Positions 19,027-30,171 of a DNA stretch of 61,906 nucleotides are shown one piece after another. The translations under genes and the position numbers were made by a program. The stretch comes from Phycisphaerales bacterium. GTDB taxonomy: Bacteria; Planctomycetota; Phycisphaerae; WQYP01. The notes beneath the pieces were generated by a model, which saw nothing but the letters and a program-made list of their open reading frames with translations, was not told the DNA's origin and did not search any database. Each line of letters begins with the position of its first letter. The first letter of the stretch is position 1. The stretch lies in the NCBI GenBank assembly GCA_027451365.1, contig DAIDJN010000080.1, positions 1 to 61,906 of the forward strand. Reading direction: 5' to 3'.

Positions 19027-20748
19027 TTAGTGTTTCAGAGCCGAATTCTGCCGCATCGCCTGCCGATACAACGCGGCGAGTTGCGATGGCGTTACATCCA
19101 CATAGCGCGGACCAAGAATCTTAAGAGTACGCGCCAATTGCGGCAGATTGTTCTGCCAGTTCCAGACAAACACATTGATAAATGCCGGCCGATGCTTTCC
19201 CGTGCGATCACGAATTTGCGCCGCGGTCTGCCGGGCGCTGTGGGCAAAGGTCATCGCGCGGAATACCGGCTGACCGGTCTTGAGCGTGTAAGTAAACTGA
19301 CGGTAATGCTTTTCGCCCTGATAGCCGTAGTCCGGCATCAGAAAGCGCACTTCCGGCAAAGCGCGGCCCACGCGGGCAATGCTGGCCGGATTCACGCCCA
19401 TCAGACGGAGGGTTTTCATGTCCATGCGCCGCATATACCGCCAGGTCCAACGGTAAAACGCATGGAATGCCCGTTTCTGATCGGTGAGCCGCTTGGCCCA
19501 TTGCGGGGGATACATGTAACCGGCACCGGAAACATCGCAGATAAATTCATCTTTCGGCGAAGCATGCGCATAGTACCATTTGACCAGCGTGGGGGCTTCA
19601 TCCAGAAGTGTCGGCCCCATACCCCAGCCGATGGCGAATTTGCCGTGGTCCGGATTGTTAAACCAGTGCAGAAAAAAATTGTACCAGGCGCACAGGTTGT
19701 CGCCATCGGAAATGGTAAAGGAAAGATAGACTTTGGATGGATCGTATGTCGGGGGTGGAAGAAATTTTTGCCGCATCGTCGCCTGGCGCACACCGCTGAA
19801 TACGGACATATTCTGAAGATAATCGCTGACAACCGTAATTTTTGCAAACTGCGATGCCAGTGTGACGCCCGGACCTTCATCCAGTCCCATGCCGTCGCCA
19901 TGCCACCAGAATCCGCGCACCACGCCATCGCGCGGGGTATGGGCGAAAAGAAGTTCCACTTGCCTGCGTTCGGCGGCCATATTTGCGCCGGGCTTTCCGG
20001 CGGCCTTAGGGCCGGTGACCCAGAAGGTCATGCCTTTGGCCGCGATAATCTGGTCGATACTGCCATCGGCCAGCAGCGGCGGGTCCAGGCACAAAAACAG
20101 AAATGGATTCATTTTGGGTGCCAGATTGACCCGCAGATAGCGCAACGCCCCGGCATCGGAATGAAATTTTCCTCGCAAATCCACCCGAATTATCAGATGA
20201 AGTTTCTTTGCCAGCGCGGGCGTGGCAATAACCAGATCATCCACCGCCGCTACATCGGCGGCAATGTCCGGCGATTCATAAATTTTCGGATCCGGCACGA
20301 CCGCGCCGCGAATAGATGAAGCAAATCGGCGCACCAGAGAAAGCGGATGGCGCACCAGAATGGGTGTGCCGGTTTCGTGCTGCTTTTGCATCTGACCAAG
20401 CCAGAAACGGTCGATTCCCGACCATATCAAAAATATCCGCGGCTGTTTGCGATTCACAATTCCCTGAAGGCTTCCCAGCAGGATGCGCTGGGAGGCGGGA
20501 AGATGCTGCATATCCGCCACAAACAGGTGGCGCGCCGGCGCCGGCATTTTCGGCTGAAGTGTAGGATATGGCCGGCGCATTTTGGGCAATGTGATATGCC
20601 AAAGCGCCGAATCCCGGCCCGCCGCAATCGCGTGTCGACCGCAACACAAGATGCTCCAGGCACACGCGAATGCCACTGCGACGATTCGCCGAAAGCCGGG
20701 GGCACCGACCGTGCGGATCGCTAAATCAGATTGGCGATTTAACAGCAT
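19027..20748 (-). CDS. GxGYxYP-family putative glycoside hydrolase/esterase, secreted
   Basis: SLQGIVNR.QPRI N-terminal motif, SDGDN, SGAGYMYP signature; signal-like N-terminus. Confidence 0.85.
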   Translation of the reverse strand: MLLNRQSDLAIRTVGAPGFRRIVAVAFACAWSILCCGRHAIAAGRDSALWHITLPKMRRPYPTLQPKMPAPARHLFVADMQHLPASQRILLGSLQGIVNRKQPRIFLIWSGIDRFWLGQMQKQHETGTPILVRHPLSLVRRFASSIRGAVVPDPKIYESPDIAADVAAVDDLVIATPALAKKLHLIIRVDLRGKFHSDAGALRYLRVNLAPKMNPFLFLCLDPPLLADGSIDQIIAAKGMTFWVTGPKAAGKPGANMAAERRQVELLFAHTPRDGVVRGFWWHGDGMGLDEGPGVTLASQFAKITVVSDYLQNMSVFSGVRQATMRQKFLPPPTYDPSKVYLSFTISDGDNLCAWYNFFLHWFNNPDHGKFAIGWGMGPTLLDEAPTLVKWYYAHASPKDEFICDVSGAGYMYPPQWAKRLTDQKRAFHAFYRWTWRYMRRMDMKTLRLMGVNPASIARVGRALPEVRFLMPDYGYQGEKHYRQFTYTLKTGQPVFRAMTFAHSARQTAAQIRDRTGKHRPAFINVFVWNWQNNLPQLARTLKILGPRYVDVTPSQLAALYRQAMRQNSALKH

Positions 20749-20841
20749 ATTGCTCCTGTGGGAAAAACCGGCGGCGATTCAGCCCGACCACCCGCGGACC
20801 ATTTATTTCATCAGCAAAACCAAGAGCCGCCTGCGACGGGG

Positions 20842-23415
20842 TCAGTGCCGGGGAATATACCACTGGGCGAGACCGGCATCAAAGAACTGGCCTCCGGTGG
20901 TCTGCAACACATGAACCGCCATTAAATTTCTACCTGCGTGAAGCGCGCGGCGACCCGCCGGCGTCATTCGAATCGGTACATACGAAGTGCTGAAACCGGG
21001 GGCCGAAGCCGCAAAAACGCCGTTAATATAAACCTGCACATCTTCATCATGATAGCAGTAAACACACAAATGTTTGAATTTGCCCGCGGGCATCGTGAAC
21101 GTGCGGCGAAGCCAGATGTTGTCTGTCCGCCAATTCGTGCGGGGTTTTACACCAGGATCAACCGAACCGAATCCAGCCGCGCCGGTTTTCCAGTCGGATA
21201 CGTCAAATCCTGGCTTGTTCCACCCGGCAGCGGGCTTGTCCAGAGTGTAGTGCCAGTAAATCGGCCCGGATTGAGCGGTGGGAACTACAATTTTCACCAC
21301 CGGCGGAGGCGGAAGAGGCGCCCAGTTGTTGGAGAATTGCGCCCCCTTACTGGCCCATTGATGCCAGATTTTGGCGTTGTTCATGAAGGGCATGAACGCG
21401 GCACCCATCACAGGCCGCGCGTGCATACCAGCCCATGCCTTACGCGTGCCATATTGATCGGCAAAAGGCACACGGACCGGGGTTTCATTCAGGAAATTAT
21501 AAATGCGATCGATGATCGTCTGGAAATCCTTATGGCGGGTGGCGAGTGTCGCCGTCCAGATTTCAAAATCGGTCTTGGTTTGTGTCACTGTGCTTCGGTC
21601 AGGCAGGCCGTAGCGGTGTAACTGCGTCATGTAGAATGCCATTTCCTTCCGGCGCACCGACCTGGGAAATATATTCATGCCCAGGGCCTGATCCCAAACC
21701 ATATTGTAAACCATGCTCCATGTGCCGGGCTGGTTGAACGCCATCCGGTAATGCGAGCCGTCATTGTCCACACGCATCCATTTTCTGGCCCACCGGCGCG
21801 CCAGAGATTGATAATTATTTGCTTCCGCCGTCAGGCCGCGCATGCGGCACAGCATGCCATAAGCACCCATCGCAACGATTGCCTTGACCGAAAGATTTGC
21901 ATTATGAGCCATAAAACCCAGGAAATCGTTGGTACTCAACTGTTTGCCCGGATCAAACCCGCTTTTCCGCAGATACCGAACCCAGCGGGTAAGCAGCGGC
22001 CAATATTTGGTGGCAAAATCGGCGTTGCCCTCCGCCTTAGCGATGGCGGCGGCGAGAATAATCATGTTGCCACTTTCCTCCACCATCATGTTTTCACCGC
22101 CGGTGTTGTAGTGACCGGTGCAGTCCGGATAGGTACCCAGATCATGCGGCGAATACGGAAATTTCCAGCGCGGCGTGCTGGCGGAATCCAGTACCGGAAC
22201 CATCGAAGCGGCCTCCAACTGCGGACAGAATGTCAACAACAGTGGCGAGGCGGGAAAAAACACGTCAACCGTGGCGATATCACCATTGCTCGTTTCCTCC
22301 TTGGTGTAAACCATCGGCTTGCCGTTGGCATCCGCGGACATTCCCATTGCCGCCAGCGCCTGCCGATAAGACATGGACGCGATGGTGGCATACTGGTAGC
22401 GGCCGATTTTTTTCGCATCGGAAATAACCGTCGCATCGAACGCGGCACTTTGTTTCATCAACAACTTGTAGTGACCGGCCGCCCACCGGAACATTGCCGA
22501 TGGCGTATGGAACACATGCCGCCAATACGGCCGTTGCGGTTCCCCAAAAAAGTTTATTGCATACACTTCATCGTAAGCCACCATGACATGGCGACTGACC
22601 GGCACAGCGGCAATTGAACCAAGATTAAATGCGAATGCCTCCACCGGTTCGCCGTTGCGGACACGGCGGGGCATGTGTGTGGAATCCGCGGCGGGCAGTG
22701 TGCCGCTGGCCACAAAATGGTTCATACAACGGTCGCTGCCGGCAATGCACGAAGCGCTTTGACTGCTGCTGGCGGCGGTATATATATAGCCCCAGTCCAG
22801 ACCGACCGGATCACCGGAAATATCAAAATAATTCTGCGTAGTGGAACCAATTTTAAGCGCGGTAAGCGGACCGAAGACTTTGCGGCTCCAGGTCACTTTC
22901 TGATTGTCATGATTCACCGCAATCGCGGAGCTGGTACTGTAGTACACCTGCACCTGATGCGCGTTGCCATCAGCCGATTTGGCAGTCCAGGTAATGTAAG
23001 TCACCGGCAGCGTCATTGTTTTAAGGTGCGCCGGCAGTCGCGGCGTCATGAAGGTCAGCGTCAGATCAATTTTGCTGTTAGCAAACTGGTAAATGGTGGT
23101 GGTAGGACGCACCGTCACGCCGACTTGACGCAACGCCGGAGCAGACGCCGGCTGTGTCCCCATAATGCGGTAAGCCTTGCCGTCGATTCGCACCAGGCTC
23201 ACCAGGCTTTGCACCCGCCCATCCCAATACCGAGTGCGATGGCTGGTCAGTGTGTTGGCCTCCGACCAGATACTCATATATGGATCAAATGTGACCAGTG
23301 GCACTGCGGGCGGGCGAAATACCGGCGCGGCGGCAGCGTTGCGCGGCGCTGCCTGCGCAACACACAACGCCATTGCGGCAAGTGCCATAGTCAGAAGTTT
23401 TCCAACCTTAAACAT
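20842..23415 (-). CDS. GtaA 'glutaminase-like' (DUF4964/DUF5127/DUF4965/DUF1793) secreted protein with C-terminal beta-sandwich
   Basis: RPPAVPLVTFDPYMSIWS, KEETSNGDIATVDV, PHDLGTYP, MVEESGNM, WSMVYN, ARPVMG; signal peptide. Confidence 0.85.
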   Translation of the reverse strand: MFKVGKLLTMALAAMALCVAQAAPRNAAAAPVFRPPAVPLVTFDPYMSIWSEANTLTSHRTRYWDGRVQSLVSLVRIDGKAYRIMGTQPASAPALRQVGVTVRPTTTIYQFANSKIDLTLTFMTPRLPAHLKTMTLPVTYITWTAKSADGNAHQVQVYYSTSSAIAVNHDNQKVTWSRKVFGPLTALKIGSTTQNYFDISGDPVGLDWGYIYTAASSSQSASCIAGSDRCMNHFVASGTLPAADSTHMPRRVRNGEPVEAFAFNLGSIAAVPVSRHVMVAYDEVYAINFFGEPQRPYWRHVFHTPSAMFRWAAGHYKLLMKQSAAFDATVISDAKKIGRYQYATIASMSYRQALAAMGMSADANGKPMVYTKEETSNGDIATVDVFFPASPLLLTFCPQLEAASMVPVLDSASTPRWKFPYSPHDLGTYPDCTGHYNTGGENMMVEESGNMIILAAAIAKAEGNADFATKYWPLLTRWVRYLRKSGFDPGKQLSTNDFLGFMAHNANLSVKAIVAMGAYGMLCRMRGLTAEANNYQSLARRWARKWMRVDNDGSHYRMAFNQPGTWSMVYNMVWDQALGMNIFPRSVRRKEMAFYMTQLHRYGLPDRSTVTQTKTDFEIWTATLATRHKDFQTIIDRIYNFLNETPVRVPFADQYGTRKAWAGMHARPVMGAAFMPFMNNAKIWHQWASKGAQFSNNWAPLPPPPVVKIVVPTAQSGPIYWHYTLDKPAAGWNKPGFDVSDWKTGAAGFGSVDPGVKPRTNWRTDNIWLRRTFTMPAGKFKHLCVYCYHDEDVQVYINGVFAASAPGFSTSYVPIRMTPAGRRALHAGRNLMAVHVLQTTGGQFFDAGLAQWYIPRH

Positions 23416-23616
23416 CAGGGACTCCTAAGAAAGAATAAACCGAATGTCGACTGTTAATGTATGGACGCATCAGACCCATGGTCCGGGCCATCCTGTTCCT
23501 TAGACGATTCATGGCAACAATCGGCAAGCTGCCAGCCGACTGACCGCCGTCGGGCCGCCCCGCCAGATTGTTCCGCGTGCCACGGTTGGGCGGCCCGGGC
23601 CACAAATGCCACACAA

Positions 23617-26205
23617 TCATTTCACTTTCCATTGTAATATGCCGCCGGAAAAGTGCGGCTTTAACTGGACAACAAGTCGCAATTCCCGCGTCCGCACGGG
23701 GGTAAAGCGCACGGTGTTAAATTTGTTCACCCTTACCCCGCAGACGGTTGGAGAATGCACCGGCAGCCAACTTCCCTTATGACGGTAATAGACAGACCAG
23801 CGTTGCGGAGTGCGGCAATTTCCCCCGATCGGTTTGTCGTCAAACCAGTAGACGTCGCAGCTTGAAACAGTACGGCGTTTGGCAAAACGAATCTTCACCC
23901 ATTCGCGCGTTCCTTCATGGGGCCACCAGGTGAAACGCGGCAGGCTGGCCTCGGATGATGAATCAGGATTAATTCCATCCACCATTGCCGCCGCAGAATC
24001 ACCAGGATTCGTCCAGGACGCGGTGGCGACCGTCGCGCCATGGGCTCGCCAATGGTGGGCCGCCGAGCCTGTGCCGATGACTGGAAACATCGAAACGCGC
24101 AGCCGGGCGGCACCCATTGGGATAAGTGTCACAGTCCGGACGGGCTGATTGGATATCACCGGGCTTTCATGCAGTGTGCCTATCATGCCGAATTTGTTCA
24201 TTTGCCAGGCGGGAATGCGACGCGCCTTCACCTGAAGTTCAATCGGCACGTGACGCTGGGTCCATGGCTGCAACGGCAGACCACCCGGCAGGCTTTCCGG
24301 GAATGGATTATCTTTCATTTTCGCCGACCATTGCGCGGCCAATGCCTGATGCGAATCGCGAAGCACCTTGAATGAGGCCGCCGGATTGCCCGGGTCAAGC
24401 ACCAGACCATAATTCCACGGCGAAGCCGGGTAAACCGCCCAGTGGGTCATTTGCGAAACGCCAGGATAAACCTTCCACTTTTCCTTGATTTTCAGAGAAA
24501 ATGCCAGCGGACCGTAACTGACGGAAACAGCATTTTTTGCCTGCGGGTTGGTGGTCCACTGGTGCACGGTCACGTGCATCGGCATCGTGAATTGCAGTTT
24601 ATCTCCGTTTTTCCAGAGCCGATTCACTCGGATATACGAACAGGGGGTCGCGTCCACTGGCAGCGGCTGACCATTGACCGCCACCGTTGCGCCGCGGCAC
24701 CAATCCGGCACGCGCACGTAAAGTGGAAACGCAACCGCACCGGTCAATTGCAACGGGGAAATGTGAATCGCAAAGGCGGCGGTCTGACCAAACGGATAGT
24801 TCGTGGTTTCCACGACTTTTACAAATTTCCCGTTCCCCACACGCGCCTGGACCGACGAATCCGCATAGAAATTGGCCAGCAGGCCATTATCTGATGTGGC
24901 CAGCCACACCGATTCATTGTAATAAGGCCACCCTTGACCGAAATTGTGTTCACAGCACCGGAACACCGGACCGGCGCTGTAGGAAAACATGGTGCCGCTG
25001 TCATCAATATCAGGCGCTTTGTTCCCCGGATCCAACTGCACCTGATTGGGGGCCGTAAGATAATGAAGGGCATCCATATTGGAAGTGGCGGCGGCTGGAA
25101 GCATGTTCAACGCCAGACGATCGCACCGGTCCGCCCAGAAGGGATTTCCCGAAATTCGGGTTAAAATTTCATCGCTGAGCATGTTTTCCACAATGGCACA
25201 GGTTTCAATGCCCTGGCGAGGGCCAAAATAGCCCATGCGCGCGTTTTCATCGGCTCCATAGCCACCGCCGACAACCTGCCCATAAAGTCCGAACATCATT
25301 TTCCAGTCGTTCTGCGTGGCTCGCAGATCAAGCTTATTGTGCGAAAGCTCATAATATTCCGCAGGTTCACGGAACCCCTCGCCAAAATTGACACCATGAT
25401 AAGATGCAATTCCGCCGGTCCAGTCGGAAGAATGTGTATGAATTGTTTTAACCAGCTTAAGAAGCGACGCATCACCGGTACGGTTATACAGCCAATAAAT
25501 GTCATGAATGCCTTCACTCCAGCGGACGGCACCCCAGCCGAGGCTGAAGACTTTGGGTGGCAGACTTTCCAGATAATGGAAGTATCGCGATTCCAGCCGC
25601 AGGACGCGCTTATCACCGGTATCCGTGTAATACTCCTGCAGCACTTCGAGCATAATCTGATTGGGCCACAGCGAAGGCAATCCGTTATGCGCTGTTTTCA
25701 GCCGAAGGGGGCCAAAATAGCCGTCCGGCTGTTGCGTGGACATTATTCCTTTAACCCAGTGGGCGGCATCCGCCATCATGCGTTTGTTTTTCAAAAGATA
25801 GGCCATCGGCACATAGCCGCGCAGCCAATAAGGAAGTTCCTCCCAGCCATTGGCACTCATGGAGCCGCGATGGGTCCATGCGGTTTTATTGTAATCACAC
25901 CAGTCGGCTGGGCCATCCACCACATCACGGCCATTTTTCACTTCATCCATGCGGCCAATCATGCCGTGAGATTCAATCACCAGCATGTTGTGCACCCAGC
26001 CATGCACTTTCACGGCTCCATAAGGCAGACGCAGGACCGCTTCAGGCAGCAATGGCGGGCGATTGCCAATGTCGTACGCGTTACGCTCGATCGCGGGAAT
26101 TCGCGGCAGATCACGAACGGAGGCAAACACATACGGCCCCATCGCGGAACTCAAAATGGCCGCCAGAAAAACGCCGATCATCAATAAAGGACTATTGCGA
26201 TTCAC
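23617..26205 (-). CDS. GH127/GH146-like beta-L-arabinofuranosidase family protein, secreted, with C-terminal discoidin-like domain
   Basis: Zn/Cys motifs ETC and RCC, HGVN, GADE, TNYPF, RVPDWC, LIPMGAARLR. Confidence 0.88.
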   Translation of the reverse strand: MNRNSPLLMIGVFLAAILSSAMGPYVFASVRDLPRIPAIERNAYDIGNRPPLLPEAVLRLPYGAVKVHGWVHNMLVIESHGMIGRMDEVKNGRDVVDGPADWCDYNKTAWTHRGSMSANGWEELPYWLRGYVPMAYLLKNKRMMADAAHWVKGIMSTQQPDGYFGPLRLKTAHNGLPSLWPNQIMLEVLQEYYTDTGDKRVLRLESRYFHYLESLPPKVFSLGWGAVRWSEGIHDIYWLYNRTGDASLLKLVKTIHTHSSDWTGGIASYHGVNFGEGFREPAEYYELSHNKLDLRATQNDWKMMFGLYGQVVGGGYGADENARMGYFGPRQGIETCAIVENMLSDEILTRISGNPFWADRCDRLALNMLPAAATSNMDALHYLTAPNQVQLDPGNKAPDIDDSGTMFSYSAGPVFRCCEHNFGQGWPYYNESVWLATSDNGLLANFYADSSVQARVGNGKFVKVVETTNYPFGQTAAFAIHISPLQLTGAVAFPLYVRVPDWCRGATVAVNGQPLPVDATPCSYIRVNRLWKNGDKLQFTMPMHVTVHQWTTNPQAKNAVSVSYGPLAFSLKIKEKWKVYPGVSQMTHWAVYPASPWNYGLVLDPGNPAASFKVLRDSHQALAAQWSAKMKDNPFPESLPGGLPLQPWTQRHVPIELQVKARRIPAWQMNKFGMIGTLHESPVISNQPVRTVTLIPMGAARLRVSMFPVIGTGSAAHHWRAHGATVATASWTNPGDSAAAMVDGINPDSSSEASLPRFTWWPHEGTREWVKIRFAKRRTVSSCDVYWFDDKPIGGNCRTPQRWSVYYRHKGSWLPVHSPTVCGVRVNKFNTVRFTPVRTRELRLVVQLKPHFSGGILQWKVK

Positions 26206-26495
26206 TATGGAAAACTCCTCGTGCTGAAAACAGGTTACCGCGCGATCGCCGAATTCTCAGGTATTATAAACGATGTTTCCAAATTTTGATTGCGTCTGGC
26301 ACCAAATCAATATTCGATTGACGTCAGCCAAGTCGGCATTACTTTCATCTGCCACACCGGAGAGCATTGCCTGCCCATTGCGTTTGGAAACGCCAACGCA
26401 AAAACCCCCTCCGGAAGCACAATGCGTTCTCCCGGAGGGGGAAGTCGGAAGGAGTTTTTCGGAATCGGGTTGACTGATCACCCGAATTCGATTCA

Positions 26496-28124
26496 TCAGG
26501 CTTTGGCCGCAACACGACGGCGTCGGAGTATCAACATACCCGCAGCGCCCAAACCGAATAGAGCCATGACGCTCGGTTCCGGAACGGGAGCGGAAAACAG
26601 GCCGCTGATCTGGCTGGCGGTTAAGGCCGAATTCCAAGTGGACAGGTCATTGTAACTGCCCAGGGTAGTCGGGTCGTTATACGGATCCAATCCACCAATG
26701 CCATTTCTTGACCCATTTGTTCCGCTGGTGCCATTGGCCATTGTTGCAAGATCCAGCGCACTGGTTGGCGTTTCGCTCATCTGTAACACACCATTGATGT
26801 ACAGTGACGCCAGATTGGTCGTGGCATTATAAACCAGCACTTCCTGCGTTAGTTGACCTGCAGGCAGCGGTTTGCCGTTGGCGGCAATCAAACCGTAGTT
26901 TGGCAGGGACGAACTGGTGACGCTGTTAAAGCCGCTGCCATCCTGGCGTTGGGCCTGTACAACGATATTTGCGTTTGAGGGAGTGTTAGCTGTACCAAAA
27001 GACAGCATGCTGCCCCATGAATTGGTCGGATCATTGGCGGACCGAGTCATGGTCAGAGCAATCGTAAAACTGCCCGTGTAACCGGTAAACGCGGCACCCG
27101 GAACGGACATGCCGTTACCGGAATTTGTGCTGGTGGTTACCAGTGTACCACCGGTTACAGAAGTTCCGGTTCCAACAATGGTACCGGCGGTTGCTGCGGA
27201 ACCAGCTGTACCAATGTCAGAAACCGCAGTTCCATTGATCGTCGATTTGCTGAAGTTCCATTCATCAGTTGCCTGCGGTGGCGTAACTGGAGTTGCCGTA
27301 AGCGACGGAGATGGCGTGACGCTGGTGGCCGCGGCATTCGTGGTCCAATAGGTGGGAGCGGTGCCACCGGTGGGTGCCGTAACCGAAAACTTGAAGTTCG
27401 CACCACCACCCTGTTGGTAGTTCATAACTTCGATCGGGTAATAGCCGGCGCTGCTGAAGCTAACCGTCGCGGTGCCGTCTGCAGCTGGAATGGACGTGCC
27501 GTTGTAGCTCGTGGCGACAATTTGCGTGCCCGTTCCGGCGTTACCGGTTGGCGTGATGCCTGTACCACCGACGAAAACCGTTCCGGCATCATCAGCTACC
27601 GGCATACTAAACGTGTATGTGCCAGCTGAAGCAATTTTAATGTAGCCCATCTGGTCTACAATAGAGCTGGCCCAAGGAGCGCCATCGACTTGTGCCGCAC
27701 CGGCAGAATCCGCACCCAGATAGAGTGATGTCGGATATTCGCCACCGTTGTAATTAAAGGTGGTAGCGGTGTTCAGAAAAGTTTCGGCAGCCGGCGGCAA
27801 CTTGGTGGTAACACCAGTTGTGGAATCGGATAGCGATCCATTGCTGATAAAGCTCTCCACGTTGGCGACATCTGATAACATCGGCGAGCTATTCGTAGGC
27901 GTGGGAATGCCGTAATAGCCGGAACCAGCTGGTCCACTTGTGGGGACATGCCACACCGTTCCGACAAGCCCCTGGGTCAGGCCAGTAGAACCAAGTTGCA
28001 AGGCCGGCGAACTGGTAATACTGATGGTGCCGCCGACACCGAATGCCATTGACGCCCCCATCAGCGACATACCCGCCGCGGAAAGAAACGCCAAACGCTG
28101 TTTGGAAATGAATTTGGACTTCAT
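26496..28124 (-). CDS. PEP-CTERM surface protein with PA14-like and LamG-like domains
   Basis: C-terminal VPEPS + hydrophobic helix + RRRR; GTYTF..DDAG..YYPIEV.NYQQGGGA (PA14); LYINGV...WNSALTASQI (LamG); GGAGG RBS before MKSKF. Confidence 0.88.
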   Translation of the reverse strand: MKSKFISKQRLAFLSAAGMSLMGASMAFGVGGTISITSSPALQLGSTGLTQGLVGTVWHVPTSGPAGSGYYGIPTPTNSSPMLSDVANVESFISNGSLSDSTTGVTTKLPPAAETFLNTATTFNYNGGEYPTSLYLGADSAGAAQVDGAPWASSIVDQMGYIKIASAGTYTFSMPVADDAGTVFVGGTGITPTGNAGTGTQIVATSYNGTSIPAADGTATVSFSSAGYYPIEVMNYQQGGGANFKFSVTAPTGGTAPTYWTTNAAATSVTPSPSLTATPVTPPQATDEWNFSKSTINGTAVSDIGTAGSAATAGTIVGTGTSVTGGTLVTTSTNSGNGMSVPGAAFTGYTGSFTIALTMTRSANDPTNSWGSMLSFGTANTPSNANIVVQAQRQDGSGFNSVTSSSLPNYGLIAANGKPLPAGQLTQEVLVYNATTNLASLYINGVLQMSETPTSALDLATMANGTSGTNGSRNGIGGLDPYNDPTTLGSYNDLSTWNSALTASQISGLFSAPVPEPSVMALFGLGAAGMLILRRRRVAAKA

Positions 28125-28487
28125 GATGGAAACCTCCCAAAAAAAGGAACACTCCAGCCCGTTCAAGCGTGAAGACCGAAACATGATCTCCCTGATAATC
28201 CGCTTAAAATCATTCGCCCAAATGGGCCAGGCATTAAGCCAAGTTAAAAAGCTCCTTAAAGCTCTTGATTTGAAAAAACGGCCCGCGAAAATGCTTCACA
28301 AATACCGCTTTTCGTTGTCGGTTACAGCGTTTTAAAACGGCCGGCATCCGCCGCCGACCAGCTGAACCAGCAACACCCCTTCGCGAGGCTTTGCATCCAT
28401 GCATCCGTCGAAATCTGAATCAATCCTGCAGCCAGTACGAATCCATTCGCTGCCGCCGTAATTAAACCGCGCTATTGACCCCATCGA

Positions 28488-29477
28488 TCAATAGTACCCA
28501 CCATTGGTTGCGTGCATTTGATGGTCGTTGTTCCAATCCATGTTCATCTGACCGCCGCCCTGATTGGGGTTGATCTGAACCAGATCTTTTTGCGTATCAA
28601 AGCTCACATGGCCATCCGCCCAAAGCACATTTGAACCCGCATCATGAATCGCGCCGGGCCATTCAGCCCATTGCACCACACCGGGAACGCTGGTTTGGGG
28701 CAACGGAACACTGGTTCGCGATGGGTCGGAATTATAAATAAAGGTGTAATTCGGCAGGCCATGGGTGGCATCATCGATGCGATCAGTGATGACAATCATC
28801 AACCCTGGATTCACCACGGCGGATTGTGGAACCTGAGGATAATAAGTATTTGCTCCGCTGGCATCAATATCGCCACCAAGACCCTCGCCAAAGGACTCCT
28901 GCCCAGGTACTGGAAAGCTGCCCAATGTACCCCAATCGTTATAGCCGTAGGAGAACGCCGGCATTGAAAGCTGCGGCCCTTGAGTCGCCTGCCAACTACC
29001 GCCCAGATACAATACCTGCTGGCCCTTGCCATAACCAAAACCCATTAAAAGAGTTCCCTTGCCATAACCAGCGGGAATAGAGGGACTTGAGGCAATTGGC
29101 CACATATAACCCAGATATTGCTCGTCGATTGTGCGGGCCGGACAATAGAACAACTTCGCAGATCCCGGTCCCATCATGGTCATCAGACGCGGCACCCATA
29201 CGCAAAAATTATTGGATGGACCGGCGCCATTTACGACTTCATTTCCCGGATAATAGCCCTCCCAAGTCTGGCAATATTCTTGAATCGCAATGCCCATTTG
29301 ATGTTCATTAGCACCGCAGGCGGTCGCTTCAGCTTCAGCTTTAGCCTGCGCCAGCGCGGGGAGCAACAACGAAATCAATAGAGCGATAATGGAAATCACG
29401 ACCAGAAGTTCAATAAGCGTGAAACCTTTTCCAGCGGTCGAGATTCTGTCTCTTTTCATACGGTTAACAACCAACAT
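28488..29477 (-). CDS. prepilin-type N-terminal cleavage/methylation protein with H-X9-DG motif (DUF1559-like)
   Basis: [26 protein letters not shown]-terminal [23 protein letters not shown]. Confidence 0.92.
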   Translation of the reverse strand: MLVVNRMKRDRISTAGKGFTLIELLVVISIIALLISLLLPALAQAKAEAEATACGANEHQMGIAIQEYCQTWEGYYPGNEVVNGAGPSNNFCVWVPRLMTMMGPGSAKLFYCPARTIDEQYLGYMWPIASSPSIPAGYGKGTLLMGFGYGKGQQVLYLGGSWQATQGPQLSMPAFSYGYNDWGTLGSFPVPGQESFGEGLGGDIDASGANTYYPQVPQSAVVNPGLMIVITDRIDDATHGLPNYTFIYNSDPSRTSVPLPQTSVPGVVQWAEWPGAIHDAGSNVLWADGHVSFDTQKDLVQINPNQGGGQMNMDWNNDHQMHATNGGYY

Positions 29478-29665
29478 GATGGCACTCCTCTTTTCGACTT
29501 TACCGCCCTGAAAAACTGATGACACACCTTCGGAGTTACTTGATCCCTTTTCACCGGTTCAACTTGACCCGAATCAGTGGCATCCAGTTCATATGTCCGC
29601 TACATGCCTGCTTCGTACCTTTCGCAGGCGGGGGAACAAACTTCTCTAAAACGCCCAAGATTAAA

Positions 29666-29682
29666 CTTGATTTAGTATCAAG
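29666..29682. promoter_or_regulatory. palindromic candidate operator
   Basis: CTTGAT-N5-ATCAAG immediately downstream of the predicted TSS. Confidence 0.5.
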
Positions 29683-29698
29683 GGCTGTGACATCAGTT

Positions 29699-29750
29699 AG
29701 TATACTCACGAAAAAGCAGAATGCAAGCACAAAATATTTATTTTTTTTAA
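29699..29750 (-). promoter_or_regulatory. promoter of the DUF1559/PEP-CTERM cluster
   Basis: TTGCAT-16 nt-TATACT with an A/T-rich upstream tract. Confidence 0.6.
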
Positions 29751-30171
29751 TGCTTTAAAGCCCATTGAAAAGCCTCTAACGAATGCCAATAATTCCGCTA
29801 TTCCAGCAGCTAAAATCAGCTTTTTGGCCCCATATAGTACATTTTGCCACCCAAAAAACGCGCGAAGTTAATATATTAAAATACAATAGCGGACGCCCAC
29901 TGCGATAAACGAACAATTCTTTTAACGGTGCTTTGACCTTTCAGGCGGATTTACGCGGATTGGAGCTAGGGCGCTGACAGTTGCGGTTCACCGCCGAAGA
30001 CATGTCAGCATCCCTGCACGGTCCGTGGAAATCAGGGCTATTTTGAGGAACTATTTAATCTGAAGATTAGTCTGAGAAAACGCGCATCCCGACTTTTCGC
30101 GCGAACCTGAAAACCGCAAGATGAATTGTTCGATTTTAAATTCCATTCTGAATCATGCAAAAACAGAGATT

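Noticed and set aside
19030..20319. Long antisense ORFs (also 9809-10711, 14433-15476, 37932-39014, 49243-50391)
   Set aside because: They are shadows of well-supported genes on the opposite strand in GC-rich DNA and carry no motifs
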